64,000 bases of DNA from a virus. Location of the stretch: positions 1 through 64,000 of the IMG/VR virus record IMGVR_UViG_3300012000_000002. The stretch is one strand, 5' to 3'. Under the pieces are notes generated by a model. It did no database searches. It saw nothing but the letters and a program-made list of their open reading frames with translations, and was not told where the DNA came from. The translations under genes were made by a program, and so were the position numbers. This document shows, one piece after another, positions 20,264 to 30,249 of the stretch. The first letter of the stretch is position 1; each line of letters begins with the position of its first letter.

Positions 20264-22213
20264 TCACAAGAAAGTAAATAAGATATTCGAAAGAGAACCA
20301 GAAAAGTTGTAGGGTACTGTGATTTTAAGATATACCCTATAGTTTGAACTGACTATGTTCTTGACACCAATTGTAAGACCCCAATCTGTGTTTAAAGCTC
20401 TTCCTACTCCGAAAGAAGCAGCTCTACCACCGTTGCCATCGTTATATTGTCCGCTTATAAAATCATCGTATGCACATAACCAACCTGTTTGTGTGGGAGC
20501 TTTAAATTCCACCTTCATTTGATTAGCTGCACTAAATATGTCAGATACGTGAACAATAACCGCACCTGAGCCGTTTATACGCAAAACAAAGTTTGCTGCC
20601 GCATCCGTGCCAATAAACATACGATAATATGTTCTGTCACCAGTACCCATTCCTGTGCTGTAATCAACATTACCTACAGGACCGTTTGCTATAGCTCCCC
20701 AGTTAACTGAACCTCGTTTCAACTTAGCTTCTACAACTTGTAACCCATCATTGTATCCTACCGTAGAAGCTTCAACAAGTGAAATACTACTATCCCATGA
20801 ACCTGTAACTAATGCTGTGCTATTAAAATCAGAATTTGAAGGTAAACGATAAAGTTCTGAAGTAAACGTTTCATTTATGTTTGTAGAAGTATTTGCTACA
20901 TTATCAAGTAATATGTGGCTTACAGCAACTCCAGAACTTTGAACTGATGGGCCGAATACTGTTGGAATTGTTGTTCGAATAGAAACCGATCCATCAAGCA
21001 AACGAATGCCTGACGTTTGAAACAAAACGTTTTTAAAAACTTCGAAAAGTTTTGTTTGATCTCCACCAGCAGCAGGAAGATATTCAGCAGCTACAGATTG
21101 TAAACCATAGTTTGTTGTATATTGAACTAAGTTATGACTGTATACACTTCCATCGTAAACGTTTGAACCTATAACAGAATATTCAAATGATCCACCTGTG
21201 TAATACGCAACACCAGACAAATACTTTGTACCAGTTAAACTCAATCCAGTTATTTGTTCATTGTTATAAACAATGTTTTCACCTTCACCATCGATAAACC
21301 ATTGAATTTCATTTGTTGTGTGGCTGGTACCATTGATTTGATGTACAACCTTCATGGTGTTATAACCACGACGTTGGTGAGAAGCTCCTATCTTCCATAA
21401 ACCGGTTCGATATTTAAAACCCTCGAAAGCTATACCTGTTGTTGGAAACAATACGCTTTGTGTTGTTGATAAAACAAAACCGGTTTCTGAATCGTTAACT
21501 GCGCCTTCTGTTGCTAAGTTTACGGTGCGGACAATTGAATCATTGAGATACAAGTTTAATGTTCCTGTATCTCCTTGATTTAAGGAACCAGTTGAATAAG
21601 CTGCGAATGGCGAACCCGGTCCTATACCAACGTTGTCTGCTAGTTTTCCAGACAGTGTAGAGCCACTTTGAAAAATACCAAAATTGTTTGTAGCTGGTGC
21701 ATACAAATCATCTACGCTTTTTGAAGGAACTGGAAAATGCTCATTATATGGATGAGCATCATCTACCATTAATCTTCCTGTATTCCCTGCGTTGTTAGAA
21801 GAAAGGGAAGATAGATAAGGAGGTCTAGATGGAGCAAGAGCTTTTAAAAGGTTGTTTATTTCTTTGATAGCGTGACCAATTGTTGTGGTTGCTGTCCATG
21901 TTTCAAACAATCCTTCTTGATAAGATAAATCTGGAAGGTTCTGTCCAAGGGGTAAACCTTGTAACGCAACAACCGTTCCAGATAATGTTAGTCCACCACC
22001 AACAACCGATCTTTTATTTTCTGAGCCAGATATATAGAAAAAGGTATCTGCTCCAATGCTTCCTGTGTCAAATGTTGATGCAATGTTTCCAGCTAACGGT
22101 GGCTCACCATCGTTCTCGTATCCATAAAGTAATATGGACGCACTGGTACCTGTAGAACCAGAAGCAATGATCTTGTTTGTGCGTATTTGGGAAGCTCTAA
22201 AATCATATGCCAT
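20264..22213 (-). CDS. Virion structural/baseplate-fibre protein
   Basis: S/G/T-rich; N-terminus MAYDFRASQIR shared with two fibre genes. Confidence 0.6.
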   Translation of the reverse strand: MAYDFRASQIRTNKIIASGSTGTSASILLYGYENDGEPPLAGNIASTFDTGSIGADTFFYISGSENKRSVVGGGLTLSGTVVALQGLPLGQNLPDLSYQEGLFETWTATTTIGHAIKEINNLLKALAPSRPPYLSSLSSNNAGNTGRLMVDDAHPYNEHFPVPSKSVDDLYAPATNNFGIFQSGSTLSGKLADNVGIGPGSPFAAYSTGSLNQGDTGTLNLYLNDSIVRTVNLATEGAVNDSETGFVLSTTQSVLFPTTGIAFEGFKYRTGLWKIGASHQRRGYNTMKVVHQINGTSHTTNEIQWFIDGEGENIVYNNEQITGLSLTGTKYLSGVAYYTGGSFEYSVIGSNVYDGSVYSHNLVQYTTNYGLQSVAAEYLPAAGGDQTKLFEVFKNVLFQTSGIRLLDGSVSIRTTIPTVFGPSVQSSGVAVSHILLDNVANTSTNINETFTSELYRLPSNSDFNSTALVTGSWDSSISLVEASTVGYNDGLQVVEAKLKRGSVNWGAIANGPVGNVDYSTGMGTGDRTYYRMFIGTDAAANFVLRINGSGAVIVHVSDIFSAANQMKVEFKAPTQTGWLCAYDDFISGQYNDGNGGRAASFGVGRALNTDWGLTIGVKNIVSSNYRVYLKITVPYNFSGSLSNILFTFL

Positions 22214-22285
22214 AACGAGAATTCTTTAAGTTTTAAAACCAACGGTTAGCCAGTATTCTATTCATATATATGAACTTACTGTACA

Positions 22286-23263
22286 ATGGAAAACGATAGC
22301 ATGAACTTTTACGATATATTAGGTTTAAACCAAAATTGTTCTCAAGAAGAAGTTAAAGCTGCTTTTAGAAGCAAAGCCATGCAATACCATCCAGATCGTA
22401 ATCCCAACAACAAACAAGCAGAAGAAACGTTTAAAAAAATAAACTCTGCATATGAAGTTCTTGGTGATCCTCAAAAGCGTATGCAATACGATCAACAACA
22501 AAATCCAAAACGCTCTGGTTTTTTTCGCAGCCAAAACTTTACTAGCCCCGAAGAAATGTTCACCAGCTTGTTTGGTAATTTTGCAACTGTTCAAAACATC
22601 AACATACCCAGACACCAAACAAACATTGCTCTTACTTTAGCAGAAACACTTAAAAATCAAGAAAAAACAATTGCTATAGCACTCAAAAACAAATGCTCGA
22701 AATGTCTTGGCACTGCTATCGGCAAAGGAGAACGTTGCAAAACCTGTCAAGGTAATGGTTGCAATTTTTGTGGTGGTTTAGGTGTTTGCTATCCTAGATG
22801 TGATTTGTGTAATGGAGCAGGATTTTCTACCGAACAAAAAGAAGTCAAGCTTGATATTCCAAAAGGATTGTTCACAAAAACTCAGTTAAACATCAACACA
22901 CCATATGGTATGGTGTTGGTCAACATAACAGTAGATTATCCATCGAACATCAAGCTTGGTGCTGGCGGTAGATTGATAATGCATGTGCCTATTCCATATC
23001 ATATTGCTGTGTTAGGTGGTGTGCATCCCGTTGAAACAATTGAAGGTGGTACCGTTAACGTTAGATTTCCTCCGCTTACAAAAGTGGATCAACTCATTAA
23101 AATCAAAGGCAAAGGTTTATATTCTGGCCCTAATGCATCAGAAAGAAACGATCTTTTCTTATCGACTTATATTGCAATGCCAGAAAACATATCTGACGAA
23201 CATAAAACAATAGTTGAGCAACTTGCCAATCTATACAACAGAGAGGAATCAAAACATGAGTGA
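22286..23263 (+). CDS. dnaJ: DnaJ/Hsp40 co-chaperone
   Basis: J domain with HPD, four CxxCxGxG-like repeats, C-terminal DnaJ_C features (GGRL, GKGL); start may be at 22301. Confidence 0.9.
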   Translation: MENDSMNFYDILGLNQNCSQEEVKAAFRSKAMQYHPDRNPNNKQAEETFKKINSAYEVLGDPQKRMQYDQQQNPKRSGFFRSQNFTSPEEMFTSLFGNFATVQNINIPRHQTNIALTLAETLKNQEKTIAIALKNKCSKCLGTAIGKGERCKTCQGNGCNFCGGLGVCYPRCDLCNGAGFSTEQKEVKLDIPKGLFTKTQLNINTPYGMVLVNITVDYPSNIKLGAGGRLIMHVPIPYHIAVLGGVHPVETIEGGTVNVRFPPLTKVDQLIKIKGKGLYSGPNASERNDLFLSTYIAMPENISDEHKTIVEQLANLYNREESKHE

Positions 23264-23507
23264 CACACAACGTTACAACCTTAGCGACGAATTCATTGCA
23301 CAAGTAGCAAAGCTACTTCAATTGGCTATGCTTACAGGAACAAGCATCCATGACAATCTTCGTTTGGTGCAAGTTATACCATCTGCCGAAGGCAAACTAG
23401 TTCTAACAGATGAATACAAAAAAAGCTTCGAAGCCAACATCCAAAAGATGCTGGCCGAAGCTGAAGATATCAAGGATGATATGCGATCTACAATCGCTCA
23501 AGCTTGA
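23256..23507 (+). CDS. Hypothetical protein
   Basis: GAGGA SD before MSDTQRY. Confidence 0.65.
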   Translation: MSDTQRYNLSDEFIAQVAKLLQLAMLTGTSIHDNLRLVQVIPSAEGKLVLTDEYKKSFEANIQKMLAEAEDIKDDMRSTIAQA

Positions 23508-23510
23508 TTG

Positions 23511-23957
23511 TTAGCCTTTTGCTTTACGCTTCATTGCAACCTTTTTACCAACCTTCTCGGGCTCTTTAGGAGCCTCTACAACAGTTTCTTGCTTGACCGG
23601 AGTCGATTCTACAACTGGAGCTTCCGGCACGGTAGGAGCAACCACGGTGGTTGGTGCTACCTCAACGGTAGGTTCTTCACTCTTCGTAGGTAGATGATAA
23701 ATCATTTCTACCTGAGATCGAAGAATCTGTACTAGCGCATCCAAAATCTTGGTTATAACTCTGCCAAGATAATACCCAAAAAACACACCAATGAAAATAA
23801 TACCAAGACGGTTTGCTACGGATTCAGCATGAAGTGGAATAATGCTGGCAGTACCTAGAACCGCACCAATACACACCGAAATATATGGTAGGATATTACT
23901 GTAATATTGAAGACTTAGAATCGATTTGTTAAGACGGTTAATGTCGCTTTTATCCAT
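23511..23957 (-). CDS. Two-TM membrane protein with P/E/V-rich tail
   Basis: Two hydrophobic segments; GAGG SD; TATTTA upstream. Confidence 0.6.
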   Translation of the reverse strand: MDKSDINRLNKSILSLQYYSNILPYISVCIGAVLGTASIIPLHAESVANRLGIIFIGVFFGYYLGRVITKILDALVQILRSQVEMIYHLPTKSEEPTVEVAPTTVVAPTVPEAPVVESTPVKQETVVEAPKEPEKVGKKVAMKRKAKG

Positions 23958-23996
23958 TTTTACCTCGCAATGTTAAATACGTTTCGCTATCAGCAA

Positions 23997-25100
23997 TTAT
24001 GCCCAGTAGTTATACGACCGGCGGCCACCCCGAGCAACAAAACTTGGCTTATAAGTGTTCTTGACAGGAGCAGGAGTCTCACCACCATCGCACTCAAGAA
24101 TATCGTAGTGCTCGCCAAAAAGCTTGACAATGCTATCCTTGTGCTGCTTGTTGATAGCCCACAGCTTCGATGCAGCATCATAAGAGCGTTCCCTAGCAGG
24201 GATGTTCTTGATCTCGTCAATAAGCCTACGAGTAACAGACTTGTCCCAATCAAACTTAAGCGTAAAATCGGTTGAACGATTAATGATGTGAGCTACAGGC
24301 TTTCCGGTAAGCTTGCGCTGCTCTGCAACCTTGACAGGGTTAGCAGCAATCCAAGCTTTGCACTGTTCAACAATCTCGTCAACCTTGCCATCAAAGCAAG
24401 GCCAAAACTCCATACAAGCAGCGATAAACTTCTCGTATCGAGCAGCGGGAGCCTCAAAAGGCCCACCACGCTTGCGAGGAATAACGATACCGGGAATCAC
24501 ACGCATAGCGTTGAAGCCAGCCTTGTTACTAGAGCCGGTAAGAAACAACTTGCCATTGTCAAACTTAAGCTCTGCTTCACCAGTAGAACTCTCACCAGAA
24601 AGAACACCAGCCAATCCGATAAAGCCGAGATGCTTCACAATTTGAATAAGATGATGCTTGTTATCACGATCCATCGCAAACGAAAGCATGAAATCGATAA
24701 CCTTGGCAATCTGCCTACAATCTTCACCAGAAAAATGAAACGTGAACGTTCCAGTGTTGCTGGCAGCGTTCATAGCAGATTCACTCTTTTCAAAGAGAAA
24801 ATCGTTGAGTGCAGTCCACACAGAACGCACAGCAGCGGGAAGCATATCGACCTTCACTCCGAGTGCATGAGCAGTAGCAAGGGTGAAGTTTGCAGGAATG
24901 GTCTTTGCAAAAAGGTGCGTATCCTTCTTTGCACAAATAGGACCGATACCACGCTCCCACGATGCAGGATCGGTAAGAGGCTGATTACAACGAGAGCAAT
25001 GACGCACATCGTTGCAAGAGCGAGTAATACCTCCGAGCGAGGCAACAAGCTTCGCAATCTTGCTTGAGGAGTTAGCAACCTTGGTGTTATTCTTCTTCAT
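23997..25100 (-). CDS. Early protein with DUF6011-type Zn finger and HARP-like C-terminus
   Basis: CSRCNQPLTDPASWERGIGPIC; C-terminal IKNIPARERSYDAASKLWAI. Confidence 0.6.
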   Translation of the reverse strand: MKKNNTKVANSSSKIAKLVASLGGITRSCNDVRHCSRCNQPLTDPASWERGIGPICAKKDTHLFAKTIPANFTLATAHALGVKVDMLPAAVRSVWTALNDFLFEKSESAMNAASNTGTFTFHFSGEDCRQIAKVIDFMLSFAMDRDNKHHLIQIVKHLGFIGLAGVLSGESSTGEAELKFDNGKLFLTGSSNKAGFNAMRVIPGIVIPRKRGGPFEAPAARYEKFIAACMEFWPCFDGKVDEIVEQCKAWIAANPVKVAEQRKLTGKPVAHIINRSTDFTLKFDWDKSVTRRLIDEIKNIPARERSYDAASKLWAINKQHKDSIVKLFGEHYDILECDGGETPAPVKNTYKPSFVARGGRRSYNYWA

Positions 25101-25106
25101 ACTATT

Positions 25107-25135
25107 AGAATATCATACAGCCATGAATATCTAAA
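25107..25135 (-). promoter_or_regulatory. Early promoter, leaderless
   Basis: TTTAGA-N17-TATTCT (TGa extended); ATG 6 nt downstream. Confidence 0.75.
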
Positions 25136-25175
25136 GGTATTTTTTTCTTTTTATTTCCCTGCATTTTAAAGGGGT

Positions 25176-26411
25176 TTATAGCACTTGTTCTAAGTTGATG
25201 TTCCAAAAGTTACCTTTAGCGGTACGATGACGTTTAAAACCTAGATCAACTAGTTTCTTGGCAAGTAACTGTTGCTTGTAGTTGCTAACATTCGTTAAGC
25301 CTTGTGCTTTAATCCATATTAGTCTTGTTTCTATAACTTGATCCAAGGTGCAACGATGCAGTTTCACATCAGATGGTTGCAGCAAAGAAAAAAACTTGTC
25401 ATCCAGCGTTTGTAGTTGTTGAAGTAAGTTTGCTGGAGCAGCACCATTCTTTTTGTTCTTCTTTAACCATGTAACGTATAGTTGATTAACTTTTTCATGT
25501 GAGTTGTTATAAGCTGGATATTTCATAACCGACTCAACAATGGTAGCAATCTCATTTAAAAACGTTTCTGGGTTCTCTACACGTTTAATGTATGTTCGTG
25601 CGTTTTGTTCAAGTTCTGCCTTTAAACAGCCTTTAGCACGATCTGAAGACAACAATCTATGCATTACAACATTTCTTATTCCATTAGGGATAAGCATTGT
25701 TTGCATCATTGTTCTGATGACGGGTACAGGTTCTTGAACCCATGTTTTAAACTGGTTGGTTGGCGGGGATTTAACTCTGGGTTTAACCTTTGCGGTTGTT
25801 TTTGGTTGAGGCTTTGCAAGCAACGTTGCAAGAACGTTTTGTGGTAGATCAGCGATATCAACGTTGTTGATTTTAGCATACCAACCTTTTTTATGTTTGC
25901 TTGGAGGAATTACAACATAACCATCTGTTCCTCTTACGTCTACCTTATCCGCAAGAAGTGACACAGAGTTTTTAATTGGATACTTTGACCAAAACCAAAA
26001 ATGATGACCACCTGATCCTGTTCTATATGAGAACGTATTTGGAAGTGTTTTGATGAATGGATGTTCTTGGGCATCCACATCAATAACTACTAGATATTTG
26101 TTTGTGACTTTTGATAGTCTTCCTGTGGCAAGACCAAAATTCATCTTGTTATAAGCTTCGAACCAATCAAGGATTTTATCTGGTTTGTTTGAAGCAATGA
26201 TTTTCCAGTTGTAGCGAAACAAAGGATGTTTGCCGGGAGCAGAACAATCTTCTTTACCGCATGAACAAACACCATTTTCCCTAATGGAATAAAGAGGTAG
26301 AATATATAGTTCATTTTTCAATACAATATCAGTGATTGTTTCAGCGTTAGACTGTTCCATGCTATCAAAGCTAGCAGATGAAAAACAATCTATAAACTGA
26401 TATGATATCAT
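25176..26411 (-). CDS. Bifunctional primase-polymerase (Prim-Pol) N-terminal domain protein
   Basis: CSCGKEDCSAPGKHP, NFGLATG, VIDVD, RTGSGGHHFWF, VDVRGTDGYVVIPPS. Confidence 0.8.
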   Translation of the reverse strand: MISYQFIDCFSSASFDSMEQSNAETITDIVLKNELYILPLYSIRENGVCSCGKEDCSAPGKHPLFRYNWKIIASNKPDKILDWFEAYNKMNFGLATGRLSKVTNKYLVVIDVDAQEHPFIKTLPNTFSYRTGSGGHHFWFWSKYPIKNSVSLLADKVDVRGTDGYVVIPPSKHKKGWYAKINNVDIADLPQNVLATLLAKPQPKTTAKVKPRVKSPPTNQFKTWVQEPVPVIRTMMQTMLIPNGIRNVVMHRLLSSDRAKGCLKAELEQNARTYIKRVENPETFLNEIATIVESVMKYPAYNNSHEKVNQLYVTWLKKNKKNGAAPANLLQQLQTLDDKFFSLLQPSDVKLHRCTLDQVIETRLIWIKAQGLTNVSNYKQQLLAKKLVDLGFKRHRTAKGNFWNINLEQVL

Positions 26412-28600
26412 CCAGAGATAAGTGGTTCCAGCTCAACAACATACCCAACATAAGGAAGAGTAGGATTTATATCTCCAGTATCATAATAATATGAATCGGT
26501 GATATGGTAATCCCTAAACCTTAAAGGTGGAGCTAGAATTGTAAGATTTCCAGCATAACTCAGAAATACAGATCCACTGGTTTCGTAACAGCTAGCGATA
26601 TATTGTTTTTTGGGATCTAAAGCTACTGCACCACCAAACGTTACTGTGTAAATTCCGGGTGTTGTGGTTGTGGTAACGTTTCCGCTTGCAAGAATACCAC
26701 CCACCCCTACTTCATATAATCCTAGCTTAAGTGTTACTGACGATGTACCTCTCCAATACACACGAATGCCAGTGCATTTTTGCGATGCTCTAGCGGGATA
26801 AAACCGCACACCGATAGTATAATCACCCGATGATGGAATTCCAATAGTTTGATGTAATGTAACCATATCGAGATAGGAGTCAGGAAGGGCTCCCATACGG
26901 GCCAGAGTGGTTTTTCTGCTTGCAGGTGTACCAGATGGATCGATAACAACATATGCCAGCGAATCATCATTAAGTTCGGGATTTGTTGCTTGCGTAAGTG
27001 CAACAAGATCTGCTGCTGTAAAGCCACCACCAGAACCAGTTACTTCCCATTGTCCAAGTGAATTATAGTTTGTTGTTATGTTTGCTCCACCAACAATAAA
27101 CGGGTTACTTGCTACGGTGCCACTGATTGACCCAGTTATTGCTCCAAGAACTTCAAGAGAACCTGTTACTTGAACAGAGCCAGAGTTAACTCTTAATACA
27201 TCGTGACGATTAGATCCGTCTAAACCATCTCCGATAACAAACAAAGATTCTACATTGTTTCCTAAGTTGTATTTACCAAACGCTGCTTGAACGGTTGTTT
27301 GTGGCGAAACTCCATCGATAGCACCAGAAGCAATAGTTCCAAGACCAGCAGCTAACGAACCCGTACCAAAAGCATTTGTGTTAACACCTTCAGCGTGCGA
27401 AACAATACCGTTTGCTACCGACAAATAACCTTCAGCATGAGAACCTAAACCATTAGCCTGTGTAGTATCTCCTTCAGAGTGAGCATATTGACCAGAAGCT
27501 GTTGTACTTCTACCTTCTGAGTGTGAATAATTGCCAGAAGCTACCGTGCCATTTCCTTCGGCGTGTGCTGCTGTGCCAGAAGCGGTAGAATAACCACCTT
27601 CTGCATGGGAATATGGACCTGTTGTTACAGTATTAGCACCTTCTGTATGCGAATATACTGCGTTGGCATTCGTGTAATATCCTTCAGAATGGGAGCCAGC
27701 TTGCTGCGCTTGTGAATATCCTCCTTCATTATGAGAATATAAACCAGAAGCTGTACCTCCTATACCTTCTGAATGTGAAGCTTGACCAGAAGCTACCGTG
27801 CTATAACCTTGAGCGTGAGAATAATCTCCAGAAGCAAGACAACCTCCATAACCTTCAGAAAAAGCATATTGCCCAGAAGCTACAGTAGTATTACCTCTTG
27901 CAAAAGAATCAGTACCAGAAGCGGTATTGCCAGCCCCTTGTGTTATTGACCCGGTTATTCTGGCTCCTGTTGAGGCAGAAAGCAAAGTCATAGCAACAGA
28001 ACCGGTTGTTGCAATAGAATTTAAAGCTACTTCAGTAAAGTAGTTTATTCCTCCACCACCGCCTCCAGAACTTGTGATCTCCCATTGACCTAACGAATTA
28101 TAATTTGCTGTTATGTTTGATCCGGCAACTATAAAAGGATTACCAGCAACAGTTCCGCTTAGTGATCCAGTTATTCCACCAAGAACTTTAAGCGAGCCTG
28201 TTACTTCGGCTCCCGTTGAAGCCGAAAGAAAAGTCATAGCAACAGATCCGGTTGTTTTAATAGAGTTTAAAGCTATTTCGGTAAAGTAATTTGTTCCACC
28301 TCCACCAGCAGGATATGTTCCATCAACTGTTAGGTTACCAGAAACGTGAAGATCGCCACCAATAACAGCTATAACTGGATCTGTTCCTCCTCTACCACCA
28401 ACAGCACCTGACACAAAGAAAAACACATCTGAACCAATGCTGCTTGTATTAAAAACAGTTGGATCGATGTTTCCTTGATTTGGTGGAGTTCCATCAGCAT
28501 CAATACTGTAAATCAATAAAGTTTTTTCTGGAGCACTGCCGGTTACAATAATTTTACTTGTTTGAACTTGATCTGCACGAAAGTCTATTGAGTTTGCCAT
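26408..28600 (-). CDS. Tail fibre with YadA-like head repeats and DUF4082-like tip
   Basis: About 18 tandem (S/A)HAEGxxTxASG repeats; C-terminal TIGVRFYP...TGIRVYW. Confidence 0.75.
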   Translation of the reverse strand: MANSIDFRADQVQTSKIIVTGSAPEKTLLIYSIDADGTPPNQGNIDPTVFNTSSIGSDVFFFVSGAVGGRGGTDPVIAVIGGDLHVSGNLTVDGTYPAGGGGTNYFTEIALNSIKTTGSVAMTFLSASTGAEVTGSLKVLGGITGSLSGTVAGNPFIVAGSNITANYNSLGQWEITSSGGGGGGINYFTEVALNSIATTGSVAMTLLSASTGARITGSITQGAGNTASGTDSFARGNTTVASGQYAFSEGYGGCLASGDYSHAQGYSTVASGQASHSEGIGGTASGLYSHNEGGYSQAQQAGSHSEGYYTNANAVYSHTEGANTVTTGPYSHAEGGYSTASGTAAHAEGNGTVASGNYSHSEGRSTTASGQYAHSEGDTTQANGLGSHAEGYLSVANGIVSHAEGVNTNAFGTGSLAAGLGTIASGAIDGVSPQTTVQAAFGKYNLGNNVESLFVIGDGLDGSNRHDVLRVNSGSVQVTGSLEVLGAITGSISGTVASNPFIVGGANITTNYNSLGQWEVTGSGGGFTAADLVALTQATNPELNDDSLAYVVIDPSGTPASRKTTLARMGALPDSYLDMVTLHQTIGIPSSGDYTIGVRFYPARASQKCTGIRVYWRGTSSVTLKLGLYEVGVGGILASGNVTTTTTPGIYTVTFGGAVALDPKKQYIASCYETSGSVFLSYAGNLTILAPPLRFRDYHITDSYYYDTGDINPTLPYVGYVVELEPLISG

Positions 28601-28624
28601 GTATTACCTTTAAAAGATATATAG

Positions 28625-29698
28625 TTAAGCAAATATAATTGGCTCTATTGGAGCAAAAACCCCAACTGCTTGGTTAAGGTAATGAACTGGTTGCGAATCA
28701 TAATCTCCATAACAATAAGCAGCGTTTAAAATCAATGCAGATGTTTTAAAATTTGCAGGAAAAGCACCATATCCAACATAATACAAATAATAGAAATTAG
28801 ATCCACTTGTTTCTCTAAATGTCAGGAAATATGTTTTTCCTTTAGATAATATAACAGGATTATCAAAAGTATATAATGTGTCTGTTGCACCATTTACAGT
28901 TATGGTTTGTGTCGTTAAAGCTTGATTGTTGTTCCAAACCTTTATATCAAAATCTTTTGACGAATCTACATTTACTTTAAATCTATATCCAAACAACACA
29001 GAATCAGAAATAGAAGTAAACTGAACACCTATCGTTACGTTTTGATATCCGGTGCTTGTAGATGTAAGACCAATACTACTTGCATAGTCGATCCAACTTT
29101 CTTCCAGCTTTTTTGTTTTTGTGAGCATAGGAACCCAGTTGTTGCCAATGTACATATATTGAGTAAAACTATATGGTTGTAACAATGCTACATGTGGATA
29201 AGTTTTACTATCCACTAATTCACCAGAAGAACCTGTCACTAACACATAACTCGAACTACTTGCTGATCCATCACCATTTAACAACTGGATTGTTTTTCCA
29301 GCAGTAGGAGATGATGGTAGTGTTACAACTCTGGGTGCTGTTAACCCAACCATATTAACAATACTTTCGTTCGTTAAAGCTATGTTTGTGTCAGAAACGT
29401 CAACTGGTGTTGGAGTTGAACCACCACCACTTCCTCCACCTTCTCCGGTTCCTGTAATAACCCATTGACCTAATGAGTTATAGTTGGTTGTTATGTTCGC
29501 TCCAGCAATAATAAAAGGATTTCCTGCTATAGTAGTTTTTAAAGAACCAGTTATTCCTTGTTTAACTAACAAGGAATCTGTAACTTGAACAGCACCACTA
29601 ACAACTACCGAGCTTGATATAACAGCCGTTGCAGATTCATTTGGAACAAAAAGTGGTCTACGTTCTTTTGCTATTGTAACCATATCGATATATACCAA
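28625..29698 (-). CDS. Short fibre with shared linker and DUF4082-like tip
   Basis: NPFIIAGANITTNYNSLGQW linker; TIGVQF...GYRF. Confidence 0.6.
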   Translation of the reverse strand: MVYIDMVTIAKERRPLFVPNESATAVISSSVVVSGAVQVTDSLLVKQGITGSLKTTIAGNPFIIAGANITTNYNSLGQWVITGTGEGGGSGGGSTPTPVDVSDTNIALTNESIVNMVGLTAPRVVTLPSSPTAGKTIQLLNGDGSASSSSYVLVTGSSGELVDSKTYPHVALLQPYSFTQYMYIGNNWVPMLTKTKKLEESWIDYASSIGLTSTSTGYQNVTIGVQFTSISDSVLFGYRFKVNVDSSKDFDIKVWNNNQALTTQTITVNGATDTLYTFDNPVILSKGKTYFLTFRETSGSNFYYLYYVGYGAFPANFKTSALILNAAYCYGDYDSQPVHYLNQAVGVFAPIEPIIFA

Positions 29699-29709
29699 TC
29701 AATTAACGT

Positions 29710-30231
29710 TTAGTAGTTTTTATTAAAGTAAAACACTTGAGTTAAAGTAAATCTGGAAGTTGTTATCGTGGCATCCGAGGAATTTTGATCATGAACAGTA
29801 TACCAAACCAAAGCATCATTACTGCCTTGAACAAGCCAACGAATAGGATCTCTTCCATCAACATCGTTTGCTGTACGATATTGAAAAGCGTCGGCTTGTC
29901 GCACAGAGCCAAAATCAACTTGTAAAATAGAATAAAGATTGGTGTTAAAATTCAAATCCAACCATTTTGTATTTTGATCGTTATCGATACCTTTTGATGG
30001 CTCTTCTCCTGACGGATTATTTCCACCGGGATTTGTTGCTGTTGCACCAGTATAATCGATTCTGGTATTTCCAAGTAACATAATAAACTCGCTCATTTGA
30101 ATAAGTCCGTTTGGATATGTTGGGGCATCAGCACTTGGGTTTCTTACTTTTGTTCCATAAAATCTAAAATACCGAAAACGAGCAACAAATTTTCTACCAG
30201 CTTGATTTGCACCACTAAATGAACTAAACAT
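29710..30231 (-). CDS. Discoidin/F5-8-type carbohydrate-binding domain protein
   Basis: RYFRF, IQMSEF, GIDNDQNTKWL, TANDVDGRDPIRWLVQGSND..W. Confidence 0.65.
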   Translation of the reverse strand: MFSSFSGANQAGRKFVARFRYFRFYGTKVRNPSADAPTYPNGLIQMSEFIMLLGNTRIDYTGATATNPGGNNPSGEEPSKGIDNDQNTKWLDLNFNTNLYSILQVDFGSVRQADAFQYRTANDVDGRDPIRWLVQGSNDALVWYTVHDQNSSDATITTSRFTLTQVFYFNKNY

Positions 30232-30249
30232 TTAAAACCCGCTTCATCG

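Noticed and set aside
24288-25067. 259-aa antisense ORF inside the DUF6011 gene
   Set aside because: It is codon-aligned antiparallel to the real gene, so avoidance of TTA/CTA/TCA removes stops; it has no SD, promoter or motif
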